Under the pieces are notes generated by a model, which saw nothing but the letters and a program-made list of their open reading frames with translations, made no database searches and was not told where the DNA came from. The position numbers and the translations under genes were made by a program. DNA of 64,000 nucleotides. It comes from Candidatus Omnitrophota bacterium (GTDB lineage Bacteria; Omnitrophota; Gorgyraeia; Zapsychrales; Zapsychraceae). The stretch is taken from the NCBI GenBank assembly GCA_021108075.1, contig JAIORP010000068.1, positions 10,594-74,593 of the forward strand, read 5' to 3'. Position 1 is the stretch's first letter; every line of letters begins with the position of its first letter. Shown here one piece after another: positions 47,610 through 57,600 of this stretch.

Positions 47610-49661
47610 ATGTCGATTAATCCTCTTGGCAATATAAAGGCAGAAAATGATCATATAATGCTAGATGCAGCTTTTTATGATACTCAAGAATATAATTCCC
47701 TTATCGAAGACTCTGCTCATCGCATAGTCATCGGTAGACGTGGGACAGGAAAAAGTGCTTTATTTTATAGGCTTCAGAAGCATTGGGGTCATGAAAAAAA
47801 GTCGAATATAATAATTTTATCTCCAGGTGAAACTTATATTATCGGAATTCGTTTTTTTATTAATTGTTTTGGCGACAATCCTTCATATTTAAGAGCTGCT
47901 TGTAAAATTCTTTGGGAGTATGCAATTTTAAATGAAATTATTATAAATTTAGTGCAGGAATATAAGATAAAAAGTGAAACATTATTAAATGATTTGAACT
48001 CTTTCAGAAGTAACTGGGTTAAAGGAGGAAGCAATATTGCATCAAGATTATATTTTCTTTTACAAAATAAATTGAATATTAAAGAGCCAGCTGAAGTAAA
48101 AATAGCCAACTTAACGCGAACTTTAGAAATTAGTAGGGTAAGAAATTTAGTTGCGGACTCTTTTAAATTTTCAAGATATAAATATCGTATAATATCAGAT
48201 CGCTTAGATGAGGGATATGAACCGGATGATAGGGGTGTTGCAATAATCAGCGGATTACTAAGTGCTTTAGATATAGTAACATCATCAATAGAGAGTGTCT
48301 CGTCTGTTACATTTTTAAGAGATAATATTTTTCGTGCCGTGCAACGTTGTGATCCGGATTATTCGAGAAATATCGAAGGTGACATTTTGCGAATACATTG
48401 GGATGAATATCATTTGTTTAATATGATATGTAACCGTATAAGGAAGTCTTTTAAGATATCTCGTGAGCAGAATCTTGTAACCTGGAATAAGGTTACAGCA
48501 AAAGGTGTTACTGGTAAAGAAGGATTTAGAAAATGTCTTCGACAAACATTATATCGTCCTCGTGATTTGTTAGTGCTATTAAATAATGCATTTAACTCCG
48601 CATTGTCTCATAAAAGGAATGAAATAGTTGACGAGGATATTGAATTATCAGCAAAAGACATATCATGTTCACGACTAGATGATCTCAAAAAAGAATACAA
48701 ATCTGTATTACCAGGTTTGGAAGAAATTATTAAGATATTTTCCGGAGGAAGTCCAAAATTTATAGTTTTAGAAGCTAATAAGTTAATGCAGTCTTTGTTT
48801 GATTTGGATGATGTTAATTCTCTAGCTAGACAAACATTAGCAATTATGCAATCACCTTCAGAAGTCTTGAGGATGCTTTTTAGTATCGGGTTTATTGGAA
48901 TTTTAAATAAGGATTCATCTTGTTACGTCTACTGTCATGACGGAAAAGAACCGGATGTCTCAATAGATGAAAAAGCAAATATATTAATACATCCCTGTTA
49001 TTGGATAGCATTGAATTTGCATAATGTCGATTTAGAAGAAGAAATTCGTGATGAGATCCATGATGAATATGATATTGAAGTATGTTCTGAAACTCCTGAG
49101 ATACGTAGTAAAAAAATAGGTCAATTGATTTCAGAATTGAGTTTAATAGACGAAGGAAAAGAACACGCTTCAATGTTTGAGGATTGGTGTTTAAAGGCCA
49201 TACGGATTATTTTTGCTAAAGGTATTGTTAATGTTGAACTTCATCCTAATAAAAATTTAACGCAAAGAAGGGATGTTGTAGGTCGAAATACTGGTGAAAC
49301 GAATGCGTGGAGAAGGATTCTAAATGATTTTAAAGTAAGGCAGGTTATATTTGAAATTAAGAATTATTCGAAAGACCTAAGCGGAGATGAGTATAGGCAA
49401 ATGCTATCATATCTTACTAATGGTTATGGAAAGCTAGGTTTTATAGTCAAGAGAGGAAGTGATGAAACTTTGAGGAAAGGCAAAGAACTGAGGTGGGCCA
49501 AAGAGATCTATGATAAGCATGACAAACGTATTGTTGTTAAATTAACAGACAGTTTTATAGTGCGTTGTCTTTCAAAATTAAGAAATCCTCAGAAACATGA
49601 TGCTCCAGATAAACAACTAAGTTCTCTTTTAGATAATTATCAACGGAGATATCTTAGCTGA
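47610..49661 (+). CDS. P-loop NTPase fused to a C-terminal PD-(D/E)xK nuclease-like domain; candidate defence protein
   Basis: Walker A GRRGTGKS, Walker B IISDRLDE, RPRD; C-terminal RRDVV...IFEIKNY...RQMLSYL; AT-rich. Confidence 0.75.
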   Translation: MSINPLGNIKAENDHIMLDAAFYDTQEYNSLIEDSAHRIVIGRRGTGKSALFYRLQKHWGHEKKSNIIILSPGETYIIGIRFFINCFGDNPSYLRAACKILWEYAILNEIIINLVQEYKIKSETLLNDLNSFRSNWVKGGSNIASRLYFLLQNKLNIKEPAEVKIANLTRTLEISRVRNLVADSFKFSRYKYRIISDRLDEGYEPDDRGVAIISGLLSALDIVTSSIESVSSVTFLRDNIFRAVQRCDPDYSRNIEGDILRIHWDEYHLFNMICNRIRKSFKISREQNLVTWNKVTAKGVTGKEGFRKCLRQTLYRPRDLLVLLNNAFNSALSHKRNEIVDEDIELSAKDISCSRLDDLKKEYKSVLPGLEEIIKIFSGGSPKFIVLEANKLMQSLFDLDDVNSLARQTLAIMQSPSEVLRMLFSIGFIGILNKDSSCYVYCHDGKEPDVSIDEKANILIHPCYWIALNLHNVDLEEEIRDEIHDEYDIEVCSETPEIRSKKIGQLISELSLIDEGKEHASMFEDWCLKAIRIIFAKGIVNVELHPNKNLTQRRDVVGRNTGETNAWRRILNDFKVRQVIFEIKNYSKDLSGDEYRQMLSYLTNGYGKLGFIVKRGSDETLRKGKELRWAKEIYDKHDKRIVVKLTDSFIVRCLSKLRNPQKHDAPDKQLSSLLDNYQRRYLS

Positions 49662-49727
49662 AAGTATTTTTAATGAAAAATTAAACCATGCCTCAAATTA
49701 AAGGCATTTTAAATCACTGTCTGTGTA

Positions 49728-49881
49728 GTGACCTGCCCCAACTAGTTGCTCCATTAATTGTGGGAGACCGATGGTTGATGGAACTATCCTAGGTTTCATA
49801 TAGATTTTATTTTAGGACAGGATCATTAAAATCCCCCTAATATGTTAATAAACAGGTTCTAAACTTGTCTAACCATCCCCG
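49728..49881 (+). repeat. Module right arm, copy A
   Basis: 154 bp, near-identical to 51770-51923; starts GTGACCTGCCCC and ends CCATCCCCG. Confidence 0.93.
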
Positions 49882-49887
49882 CCATTT

Positions 49888-49919
49888 AACCCGAGTTCGT
49901 TTAACGACGAGCTCGGGTT
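49888..49919 (+). terminator. Hairpin/terminator following CCCCGCCA
   Basis: AACCCGAGTTCGT-TTAACG-ACGAGCTCGGGTT plus T-run; repeated at 52043-52074. Confidence 0.7.
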
Positions 49920-49923
49920 TTTT

Positions 49924-50249
49924 GTCGACGATAACCCTCTCCTTAAATTTCGCATTTAGGATTACTTTCAAACTTTCTGCTGTGCCCTGAATTACTACAT
50001 CTTGCTACATTTTACCCTTCCAAATGGAACCAAAATGGCACCGCTTTTTTAATCCCTTCTTATCGTCCAAAATCAGCATCAAATATCAAAATATGGATCA
50101 CCATTACAATGCTAGCTAGGTTTTGGTTGGTGGTAAATTTTGTCATCAGTGCGTATAAACTAATATGGCTTGATATTCAATTAACTGACTTTTTGGGGCA
50201 CCTTGCGATGAGTCAAGTCATTGACATAATTTAGGGGGGAGATTAGAAT
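49924..50249 (+). repeat. Module left arm, copy 2 (ends in TTGACA-N17-TAGAAT at 50221-50249)
   Basis: Colinear with copies 1 and 3. Confidence 0.93.
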
Positions 50250-50360
50250 GATTGTATGTTTTTTGGCGATAATATCGGATATTGATATCTTCCATTATTC
50301 AACATGCCGGATGTTGACGGTGTATATCTATACTGTCAGATACCATTTACAGGGGGAAGT

Positions 50361-51635
50361 ATGAGTGAATCGATGACAATGAAGATGCATGACGTTTGTG
50401 AATCCCTTTTTTTACATGATTTGATGCGCCTCTCGACGCATTTCACCAATACCATTGACTGGGCGCGCTTTGGCATCCTCTTGGCGCAGTTCCAAGACCA
50501 GTTTGCCGGTATATCTCAAGCCCTTTACGAGTTCCTGGAGCAGGAAGAGAAAGAAGAGTTCTTGAAATGGTTTCTGCTTAAATGGGGGGAGATCAATATC
50601 TTGCCCCAGAGCGAGATTGATGAATATGACCGTAAATACGCCAGTTATGATCATTATCGCTGGGGCAAACGTAAAATCAATGGCATTGAAACGATCGTGG
50701 TCGATCTTCAGGAACAGTACGGTTTTGACTTCGCCCTTGACCGGGACTATAAAACCGTTGCTGATGGGGCCTGGCTTTTGTGTGATTTCCTGCATGATCA
50801 ATATTCTTTTAAAAAGACACATGTCCGTGAAAAAGATGTCATTATCGATGCCGGGGCTTATTTAGGGGAGTCGGCTTTATTTTTTGCACATCAATTGCGC
50901 GGGCAGTGCACGGTGCATTCCTTTGAAATTTCTCCCCCGAACTATCAAACCTTATTGGATAACCTGGCGATCAACGGACTAAAAAATATTCATCCCAACC
51001 GCCTGGCATTATCCGATAAGAGCGGGGAACAATTCGTGTTCACGCATGACCGGGGTAAATCTTCGGTCGACAGGAAAGTCGGCGGGACCAGCGATATGTG
51101 TACCGTTGAGACGGTTACCCTGGACGATTATGTTGCCCGGCACACATTAGAGCGTGTGGATTTCATTAAAATGGATATCGAGGGGGCTGAGATGGCGACC
51201 TTACGCGGGGCAGTTCAGACCATAAAGCAATTCAAACCACGGCTCGCAATCAGCATCTACCATTTGCCGGAGGACACGGTGTCCATCCCCCGGATTATTA
51301 AAGAACTGGTGCCTGAGTATCATTTCCATTTTAACTGGTATGCCAAAAGAAAGGGATCGGACGCGATCCTCTATGCCTCTATCGACGAGCAGCCGAAAGA
51401 AATGAAGATGAAAAGAGTGCCGGTTTTTGACCATAAGCTTTTTAATGAAGTTATTTACCGCTCCCTGTTTGAGATGGATGATCTGAAAGCCCAGCTGAAA
51501 GAAAAGCATGAAAAAAAGTGCCAGGAACTCGAGCAACGCATCGAGACGATCCATAATTCAAAAGTGTATGGACTGGTCCGGTGGTATTGGCGGACCATCT
51601 CGGCGGCAAAAAAATTGTTCAAGAAAAATTCGTGA
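50361..51635 (+). CDS. FkbM-family methyltransferase
   Basis: IIDAGAYLGES, HSFE, TLDD, DFIKMDIEGAE..LRGA, ISIYH; coiled-coil tail. AGGGGG RBS precedes ATG 50361 (track start 50304). Confidence 0.9.
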   Translation: MSESMTMKMHDVCESLFLHDLMRLSTHFTNTIDWARFGILLAQFQDQFAGISQALYEFLEQEEKEEFLKWFLLKWGEINILPQSEIDEYDRKYASYDHYRWGKRKINGIETIVVDLQEQYGFDFALDRDYKTVADGAWLLCDFLHDQYSFKKTHVREKDVIIDAGAYLGESALFFAHQLRGQCTVHSFEISPPNYQTLLDNLAINGLKNIHPNRLALSDKSGEQFVFTHDRGKSSVDRKVGGTSDMCTVETVTLDDYVARHTLERVDFIKMDIEGAEMATLRGAVQTIKQFKPRLAISIYHLPEDTVSIPRIIKELVPEYHFHFNWYAKRKGSDAILYASIDEQPKEMKMKRVPVFDHKLFNEVIYRSLFEMDDLKAQLKEKHEKKCQELEQRIETIHNSKVYGLVRWYWRTISAAKKLFKKNS

Positions 51636-51769
51636 CAGTCACCTCTGCCCTCGTTTAGCCGCTAAGAGGCCCCTTTATATAAACTACGGAAAAAGTTGTA
51701 GACGCTGTTCCTATATTTGTGTTGCAGATATAGGTGCACATAAGATACGGGGTAGGCAAGGATGATATT

Positions 51770-51923
51770 GTGACCTGCCCCAACTAGTTGCTCCAGAATT
51801 TGTGAGAGACCGATGGTTGATGGAACTATCCTAGGTTTCATATAGATTTTATTTTGGGACAGGATTATTAAAATCCCCCTAATATGTTAATAAACAGGTT
51901 CTAAACTTGTCTAGCCATCCCCG
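51770..51923 (+). repeat. Module right arm, copy B
   Basis: Near-identical to 49728-49881. Confidence 0.93.
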
Positions 51924-51930
51924 TTTTTTT

Positions 51931-51963
51931 AAAAGCCCAAATTATTCATTTGGGCTTTTTTTT
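51931..51963 (+). terminator. Duplicate of the tRNA-Asp terminator
   Basis: CCCCG-T7-AAAAGCCCAAATTATTCATTTGGGCTTTTT, as at 45313-45355. Confidence 0.85.
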
Positions 51964-52078
51964 AGGGGGAACCCAAGCAAAATGGCAAAGCCATTCTTGC
52001 CCGGGTGTGTCAAAATATCCTATTTTGACTGCCCCGCCATTTAACCCGAGTTCGTTTAACGACGAGCTCGGGCTTTTT

Positions 52079-52405
52079 GTCGACGACAACCCTCTCCTTT
52101 AAATTCTCATTTAGGATTACTTTCAAACTTTCTGCTGTGCCATCAATGACTACATTTTGCTACATTTTACCCTTCCAAATGGCACCAAAATGGCACCTCT
52201 TTTTTCAATTTCTTCTTATCGCCTAAAATCAGCATCAAATGTCAAAATATAGATCGCCATTACAATGTTAGCCAGGTTTTGGTTAGTGGTAAATCTTGTC
52301 ATCAGTGCGTATAAACTAATATGGCTTGATATTCAATCAACTGACTTTTTGGGACACCCTGCGACGAGTCAAGTCATTGACATAATTTAGATGAGAGACT
52401 AGAAT
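52079..52405 (+). repeat. Module left arm, copy 3 (ends in TTGACA-N17-TAGAAT at 52377-52405)
   Basis: Colinear with copies 1 and 2; preceded by CCCCGCCA (52032-52039) and the hairpin. Confidence 0.93.
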
Positions 52406-52590
52406 GTTTTTATGTCTTTTTTTGGGGGGGGGGATAACATTGGATATCAATATCCCGTGATATACGGAAAACCCTGATATGTGATGTTAGCCAGCAAAAG
52501 CGACCTATCAACGATGTCTCTACGACAAAAACAGCATTATTTTGATATAAAATAAAAAGAGGGACTGGCTTTTTAGTGAGTCCTAAAATA

Positions 52591-52622
52591 TTTAACGGAA
52601 AACCGTACATTATATGTTATGT
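52591..52622 (+). other. attI-like integron recombination site, module 3
   Basis: CGTACAT-TATAT-GTTATGT. GTTATGT is complementary to R'' ACATAAC at 53674. Confidence 0.68.
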
Positions 52623-52655
52623 TTCAAGAATCACTAATCAAATTAAGGAGTAAAA

Positions 52656-53669
52656 ATGGCTGAAGATAAAAATCAAAAGAAAGATGAAGTTGTAAAAACC
52701 GGAAATCCGCTAGTGTTTATAAGTCATGACACTAGAGATGCTAAACTCGCCGAAGCCTTTAGCGGACTTCTAAAAAGTGTTAGTGCTGGTGTTTTGAAAT
52801 CGTTCAGAACATCAGATAGAAAAGGGAATCAAGGAATTGAATACGGAGTCGAATGGTATCCCGAAATCATAAAGAATATTCAAAACGCTTCTGACGTTGT
52901 TTGCCTTCTTACAGAGAGAAGTATAAATAGGCCTTGGATTCTATTTGAAGCAGGAATGGCAAAAGGGAAGCTTGAAACTCCTATTTTAGGTGTAGCGTTA
53001 GGCATATCTTTGAAAGACGCATCATCTGGTCCGTTTGCTCAATTTCAGAATTGTGGAGATGATGAAGAATCTTTAACTAAATTAGTCTTTCAATTGGTAG
53101 ATCGTATCCCCAATTCAGAACCAGACGAAGAAACGATAAAGTTTCAGGTTGGCAAATTCAAAGAATCTATTGCAAAAATATTAAAAGCCAAGAACAAAGA
53201 CGCAAAACCTGAATCTTCAGAATTATCAAGTAGAGATAATTCATCGGCAAAACTCTTTGAAGAAATTAAGGTTATGTTTCAAGATCTACCGTCAAGAATT
53301 GAAAGTAATATGAATCCTGAATTACGTAGCAGAAAAAGACGTCGCTTTCATCCAATGATGATGGAAGAAATGATGCATATGAGTAAAAACAGACATATTG
53401 GAATAATGATGGCGCTTAGTCTTTTCAAAGAACCGATGCCTTGGCTGTATGAAATTGGCATGGAAACCATTAGGACGATTAAAACAGGAAAAACGAAAGC
53501 AGAAAAGAAAAGGGCATTTTCAGAGTTCCAAGAAATAGTTGAAATGTCCACTCGTCATCCAATGATGCGTGAATTTTTTATGGATTCAAAAGATGACTAT
53601 ATGCTTTTTAGAGAATTGCCTGAGGTGCTATCAGAAAGTTTTTATAGATTAATGATTGAAGAAAAATAA
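52656..53669 (+). CDS. TIR-domain protein (integron cassette)
   Basis: VFISHDTRD, VVCLLTERSINRPWILFEAGMA with the catalytic Glu; AAGGAG RBS; followed by attC. Confidence 0.9.
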   Translation: MAEDKNQKKDEVVKTGNPLVFISHDTRDAKLAEAFSGLLKSVSAGVLKSFRTSDRKGNQGIEYGVEWYPEIIKNIQNASDVVCLLTERSINRPWILFEAGMAKGKLETPILGVALGISLKDASSGPFAQFQNCGDDEESLTKLVFQLVDRIPNSEPDEETIKFQVGKFKESIAKILKAKNKDAKPESSELSSRDNSSAKLFEEIKVMFQDLPSRIESNMNPELRSRKRRRFHPMMMEEMMHMSKNRHIGIMMALSLFKEPMPWLYEIGMETIRTIKTGKTKAEKKRAFSEFQEIVEMSTRHPMMREFFMDSKDDYMLFRELPEVLSESFYRLMIEEK

Positions 53670-53673
53670 AAAA

Positions 53674-53745
53674 ACATAACAAATCACTACACTGGATTTT
53701 TACTCCGCTGCGCTCCGTAAAAACCAGTGAGTTCAAGCGTTGGGC
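53674..53745 (+). other. attC site
   Basis: R'' ACATAAC, ACTACACTGGATTTTTAC / GTAAAAACCAGTGAGT with two extrahelical bases, R' GTTGGGC. Confidence 0.9.
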
Positions 53746-53813
53746 CTCATTAACGATGGCCTGCATAGAACATCCGAACCACAATCTTGGCACATGATGC
53801 GAGAATGAATTAA

Positions 53814-54641
53814 ATGACAAAAACTAAGACCGATGGCAAGAAGCCCATATTCCCTCTTGGTCCGCACCCACTTCCACCACACCCTTGTGGCATTCACTTA
53901 ACTGCCATGGACCAAAACACTGCGTACGATGTTCCGCATCGAGTGCTCCAGGATGAACATTTGCAACCTGAGGAGTTCACTGTCGCAATGACCCAATGGA
54001 TCGTGACTCACCACCTTAGCCCCGAAGCCATTGAGCGAGATCGAATACGTTGTGAAGCTTTGACGAGACAGGGTCTTGTCGACCCTGTGCAGCGGTTCCC
54101 TATTAACTTGAGCACGCAGAAAGGCAATTGGGCAGAGGTATTGCTCGCTGAGTATATCGCTGCATCGTGTGCTGTCAAAGTGCCAGTGTATCGTCTTCGT
54201 TACAACCCGAACGTGGATCAGTCAATGAAGGGGGACGATGTGCTTGCATTTGATCTCGATTCAAATCCTGTTCGTGTGTTGGTCGGTGAAGCTAAGTTTA
54301 GATCGACTCCTTCAAAAGCAGTAGTGGAGGAGCTTGTTGATGCACTGGTTAGATCACACTCTGGGAATATTCCTGCATCTTTGCAATTCGTTGCGGATCG
54401 CTTGTTTGATTCTGGGAACGACGAGTTGGGAGCGAAGGTCATGGCTTGCAATGGGCTATTTGCTCAGGGACGTCTGCAATTGGATTATGTTGGATTACTC
54501 GTAAGCACAAGGGTTGCTCATCGTCACATGGAGAGGAACGCTAAATCAAATGTTCGCCGTCTTGCCGTAATATCGCTCGGGCTATCGGACCCTGAGGGAA
54601 TTGTGACTGCATCCTATGTCAGGGCTGGTGAATACGTATGA
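53814..54641 (+). CDS. hamA: Hachiman HamA-like nuclease (DUF1837-like)
   Basis: GNWAEVLL, KGDD, VGEAKF PD-(D/E)xK pattern; ATGA overlap with the helicase. Confidence 0.75.
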   Translation: MTKTKTDGKKPIFPLGPHPLPPHPCGIHLTAMDQNTAYDVPHRVLQDEHLQPEEFTVAMTQWIVTHHLSPEAIERDRIRCEALTRQGLVDPVQRFPINLSTQKGNWAEVLLAEYIAASCAVKVPVYRLRYNPNVDQSMKGDDVLAFDLDSNPVRVLVGEAKFRSTPSKAVVEELVDALVRSHSGNIPASLQFVADRLFDSGNDELGAKVMACNGLFAQGRLQLDYVGLLVSTRVAHRHMERNAKSNVRRLAVISLGLSDPEGIVTASYVRAGEYV

Positions 54642-57600
54642 GTCTCTCAGCCCAGAATGCTCGGATTTTGATGCAGTCAATGCGCACACAGAGAATCCAA
54701 AATCTCGTAGCACAATCTAAGGCCAAGCAGGTGTTGAGAGAGGTGCGTGAAGTCCCCGCAAATTTTCCAAGGTTTGAATCAGACCTTGATGATCGGGTTA
54801 CGTTTATTGCATATGGGCTGTTGGCCGCCGGTTGCAGTCTGATTGAACGGAACGAAACAGCCGAGGGCTATATGGAGTTGTATGCCGCCGCAGATATACT
54901 TGAGTCGGCACACAGAACAGAGATTGCGAACCATCAGGCGAGTGCGCTGCACTGCCTGATCGGTGCTATGGCATTCTATGCTTGCGGCCAATATTCAAGG
55001 GCATTTGTACTGATCAAAAACTTAGAAGCGGTCACACCTTCGGCTGGTATCATTGCTTCATTCTTGCGGAAGGATCGGACACGCCTAATCGACAAACTAA
55101 ATGAGGTGTTACTTGCTCCAGTTCCGGTCTTTAACGAAAAAAGTCAGTTCGACGATTGGGCTCTTACAATTTGTGTGGCTCGCTCATTATCAATAGCGAC
55201 GGAACACGCCATCTCGGGCCAGCCGGAACTTCTCGCGATTGCGGACACGATCCTTCGTGACGCAATGACGATCAGCGTAGGAGCTTCACATCCGGCCTTT
55301 TGGTGGCTTGCTCGCCTGTTGCGGTTGATGCTCAAGGACTATGGAAACGGGGCTTTGTGGTCTGTGCTGCCACCTTTCTTTGGGCCGGAAGGCAAGGCAC
55401 AGGTGGACAGCTATGTGAAGCTCCTTGCCTTCCAAAAGCCACCAGTGATTGAGCTGTGGCAGTCTCAGACGGTCGCTCTACAGCTTGCCCTAAATTCGCA
55501 GAATCGAGGTGGTGTAATCAACCTTCGAACCAGCGCAGGAAAAACCAGAGTCGCGGAACTGGCGATCCTCCACACGCTCTGGGCTGATCCAAACGCAAAG
55601 GTTTTATATCTCGCACCCTTCCGGTCGCTCGCCTTCGAACTGGAGAGAACCTTCAGCAAAACCTTGGCACCATTGGGATACTCCGTTTCGCACCTTTATG
55701 GAGGTTCACGTTTCAGTGGTGTGGATCGTGAGCTGTTTAATGAAGGCCACATCACCATCGCCACACCCGAAAAAACCAAAGCCATGCTGCGGGCTTCGCC
55801 GGAACTTTTCAAGCCAGTGAAACTTGTTGTGATCGATGAAGGCCATCTTCTCGGGGGCAATGAACGGAACGTTCGAAACGAAATGTTCCTCGAATACTTG
55901 CGCCTTCTGGCTCGCGTGCGTGGCGCACGAATACTGTTACTTTCGGCTGTCCTTCCGAACGCTGAGGACTTGGCAGCTTGGGTTGGCGGCGCTCCTGATG
56001 CTTTGGTGAAGTCGAGTTGGAAGCCATCAGCCGAGAGACGAGGAATTATTCAATGGAGAAAGACAGGTGTTACTATCGAATGGTTGGGAGACGAACGCTG
56101 CTTCAATCCTCATTTTATCGAGTTCAAGAAGGTGCCTCATGTAACACCCAAAGGAAAAATTAAATCCCGCGCCTTTCCCAAGAACAAGACGGAGGCCGTA
56201 GCGGCAACAGCCACCCGACTTGCAGCACTTGGTCCTGTCTTGATATTCGCGGGACAAGCTCAGTGGGTGCCGTCCATGGTGCGGGCGGTGCTGCTTTCTC
56301 TCGGTCCTGAAGCACCGGTCCATCGGTGGCCTGATACAGAATGGCGGCTTCTTGATGCAGTTTGCAGAGAGGAACTTGGCGATGATTCGTTGGAAATCAC
56401 AGCAGCACGTTTGGGAGTCGTGTGCCACAGTAACAAACTACCTCCTCATGTTCGGATTGCCTTGGAAAAGCTCATGGCAAAGCATCCTCCAAGGATAATT
56501 GTCGCAACTACGACGCTGGGACAAGGGGTGAACATAAGGATTTCCTCCGTCATCGTAGCTACAACTTTCATCGGTGCTAATTTGCAGATCAGCAAACGTG
56601 ATTTTTGGAATATTTGTGGACGCGCTGGAAGAGCGTTTGTAGATGGCGAAGGCAAGATACTGTTCGCAATTGACGGAACCCGTAGCGCTTGGAACGTCAA
56701 AACCGATGAGGCAACTGCTGCAAACTATTTTGATATCGTTAATATAGACCAGGTGGAGAGCGGCTTACTTCATGTGGTTAAGTATATGCATACTATTGCC
56801 GCTAATGTTGGAATTCCCTTCGCAACCCTGTTGGAGATGGCAGCGAACGACAATTTTGATCGATGCGGTGAAAATAGAGTAAACGTAGAAGGAGTCATGG
56901 ATTGGATTGACGATCAGTTGTTGGCGTTGCATGTCGAATACAAGGGTGATGCCCCCGAGCTAACCGTCGACTGGGTGGATGATGCATTTAGAGATTCACT
57001 TGCGGCCATTCAAGAGAGGGCCAGACGGGAACCTGACCATGATGACCAATTGATAAACTTCTTGAAGGCTCGGGTTGCAGGTGTGCAACGGAAGGTTCCT
57101 TCGCCCGAGGCGCGACGAGCGGTTATTTCATCAGGTCTTCCATTGTCAGTCGGAATTTTAGCATTTAATCAGTTGGATGTGTTTCGCGAGATGGTGGACC
57201 GCTATTTAGCCTCCGAAACTGACGCCGACGCGCTCGGCGAGATGGTCACGGAGTTTGAGACTTGGGCTCGTCAACATGCGAAGATCATTGTCAAAGGGAT
57301 GCCCGAACAGGAGCAGTTGGACAAAATTCGCCCTCAATGGCTTGATGGGGGATCATTGAGAAAGATCGTCGAAACGTGTGGGGATGATGCCACTGGTATT
57401 TGCACCGGTCTCTATGGCTACCAGCTTCCTTGGCTTTTCCACTCGGTTGCCCAGAAACTCGACAAGCTGGCCGAAGAGAACCGTATAGAGGCGTTTGCCA
57501 AGGTGGGCCTTCTCGTGGAACTCGGCTTACCAACGGAAGCCGCTGCCAAAGTCTTCTTGGCGGGAGTGCGATCCCGCGTAGCGGCTGTTGAGTTAAGCAG

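Noticed and set aside
52410-52610. Minus-strand 66-aa ORF divergent from attI as an intI remnant
   Set aside because: It is in the expected position but has no tyrosine-recombinase motif, runs through homopolymers and has no counterpart in module 1.
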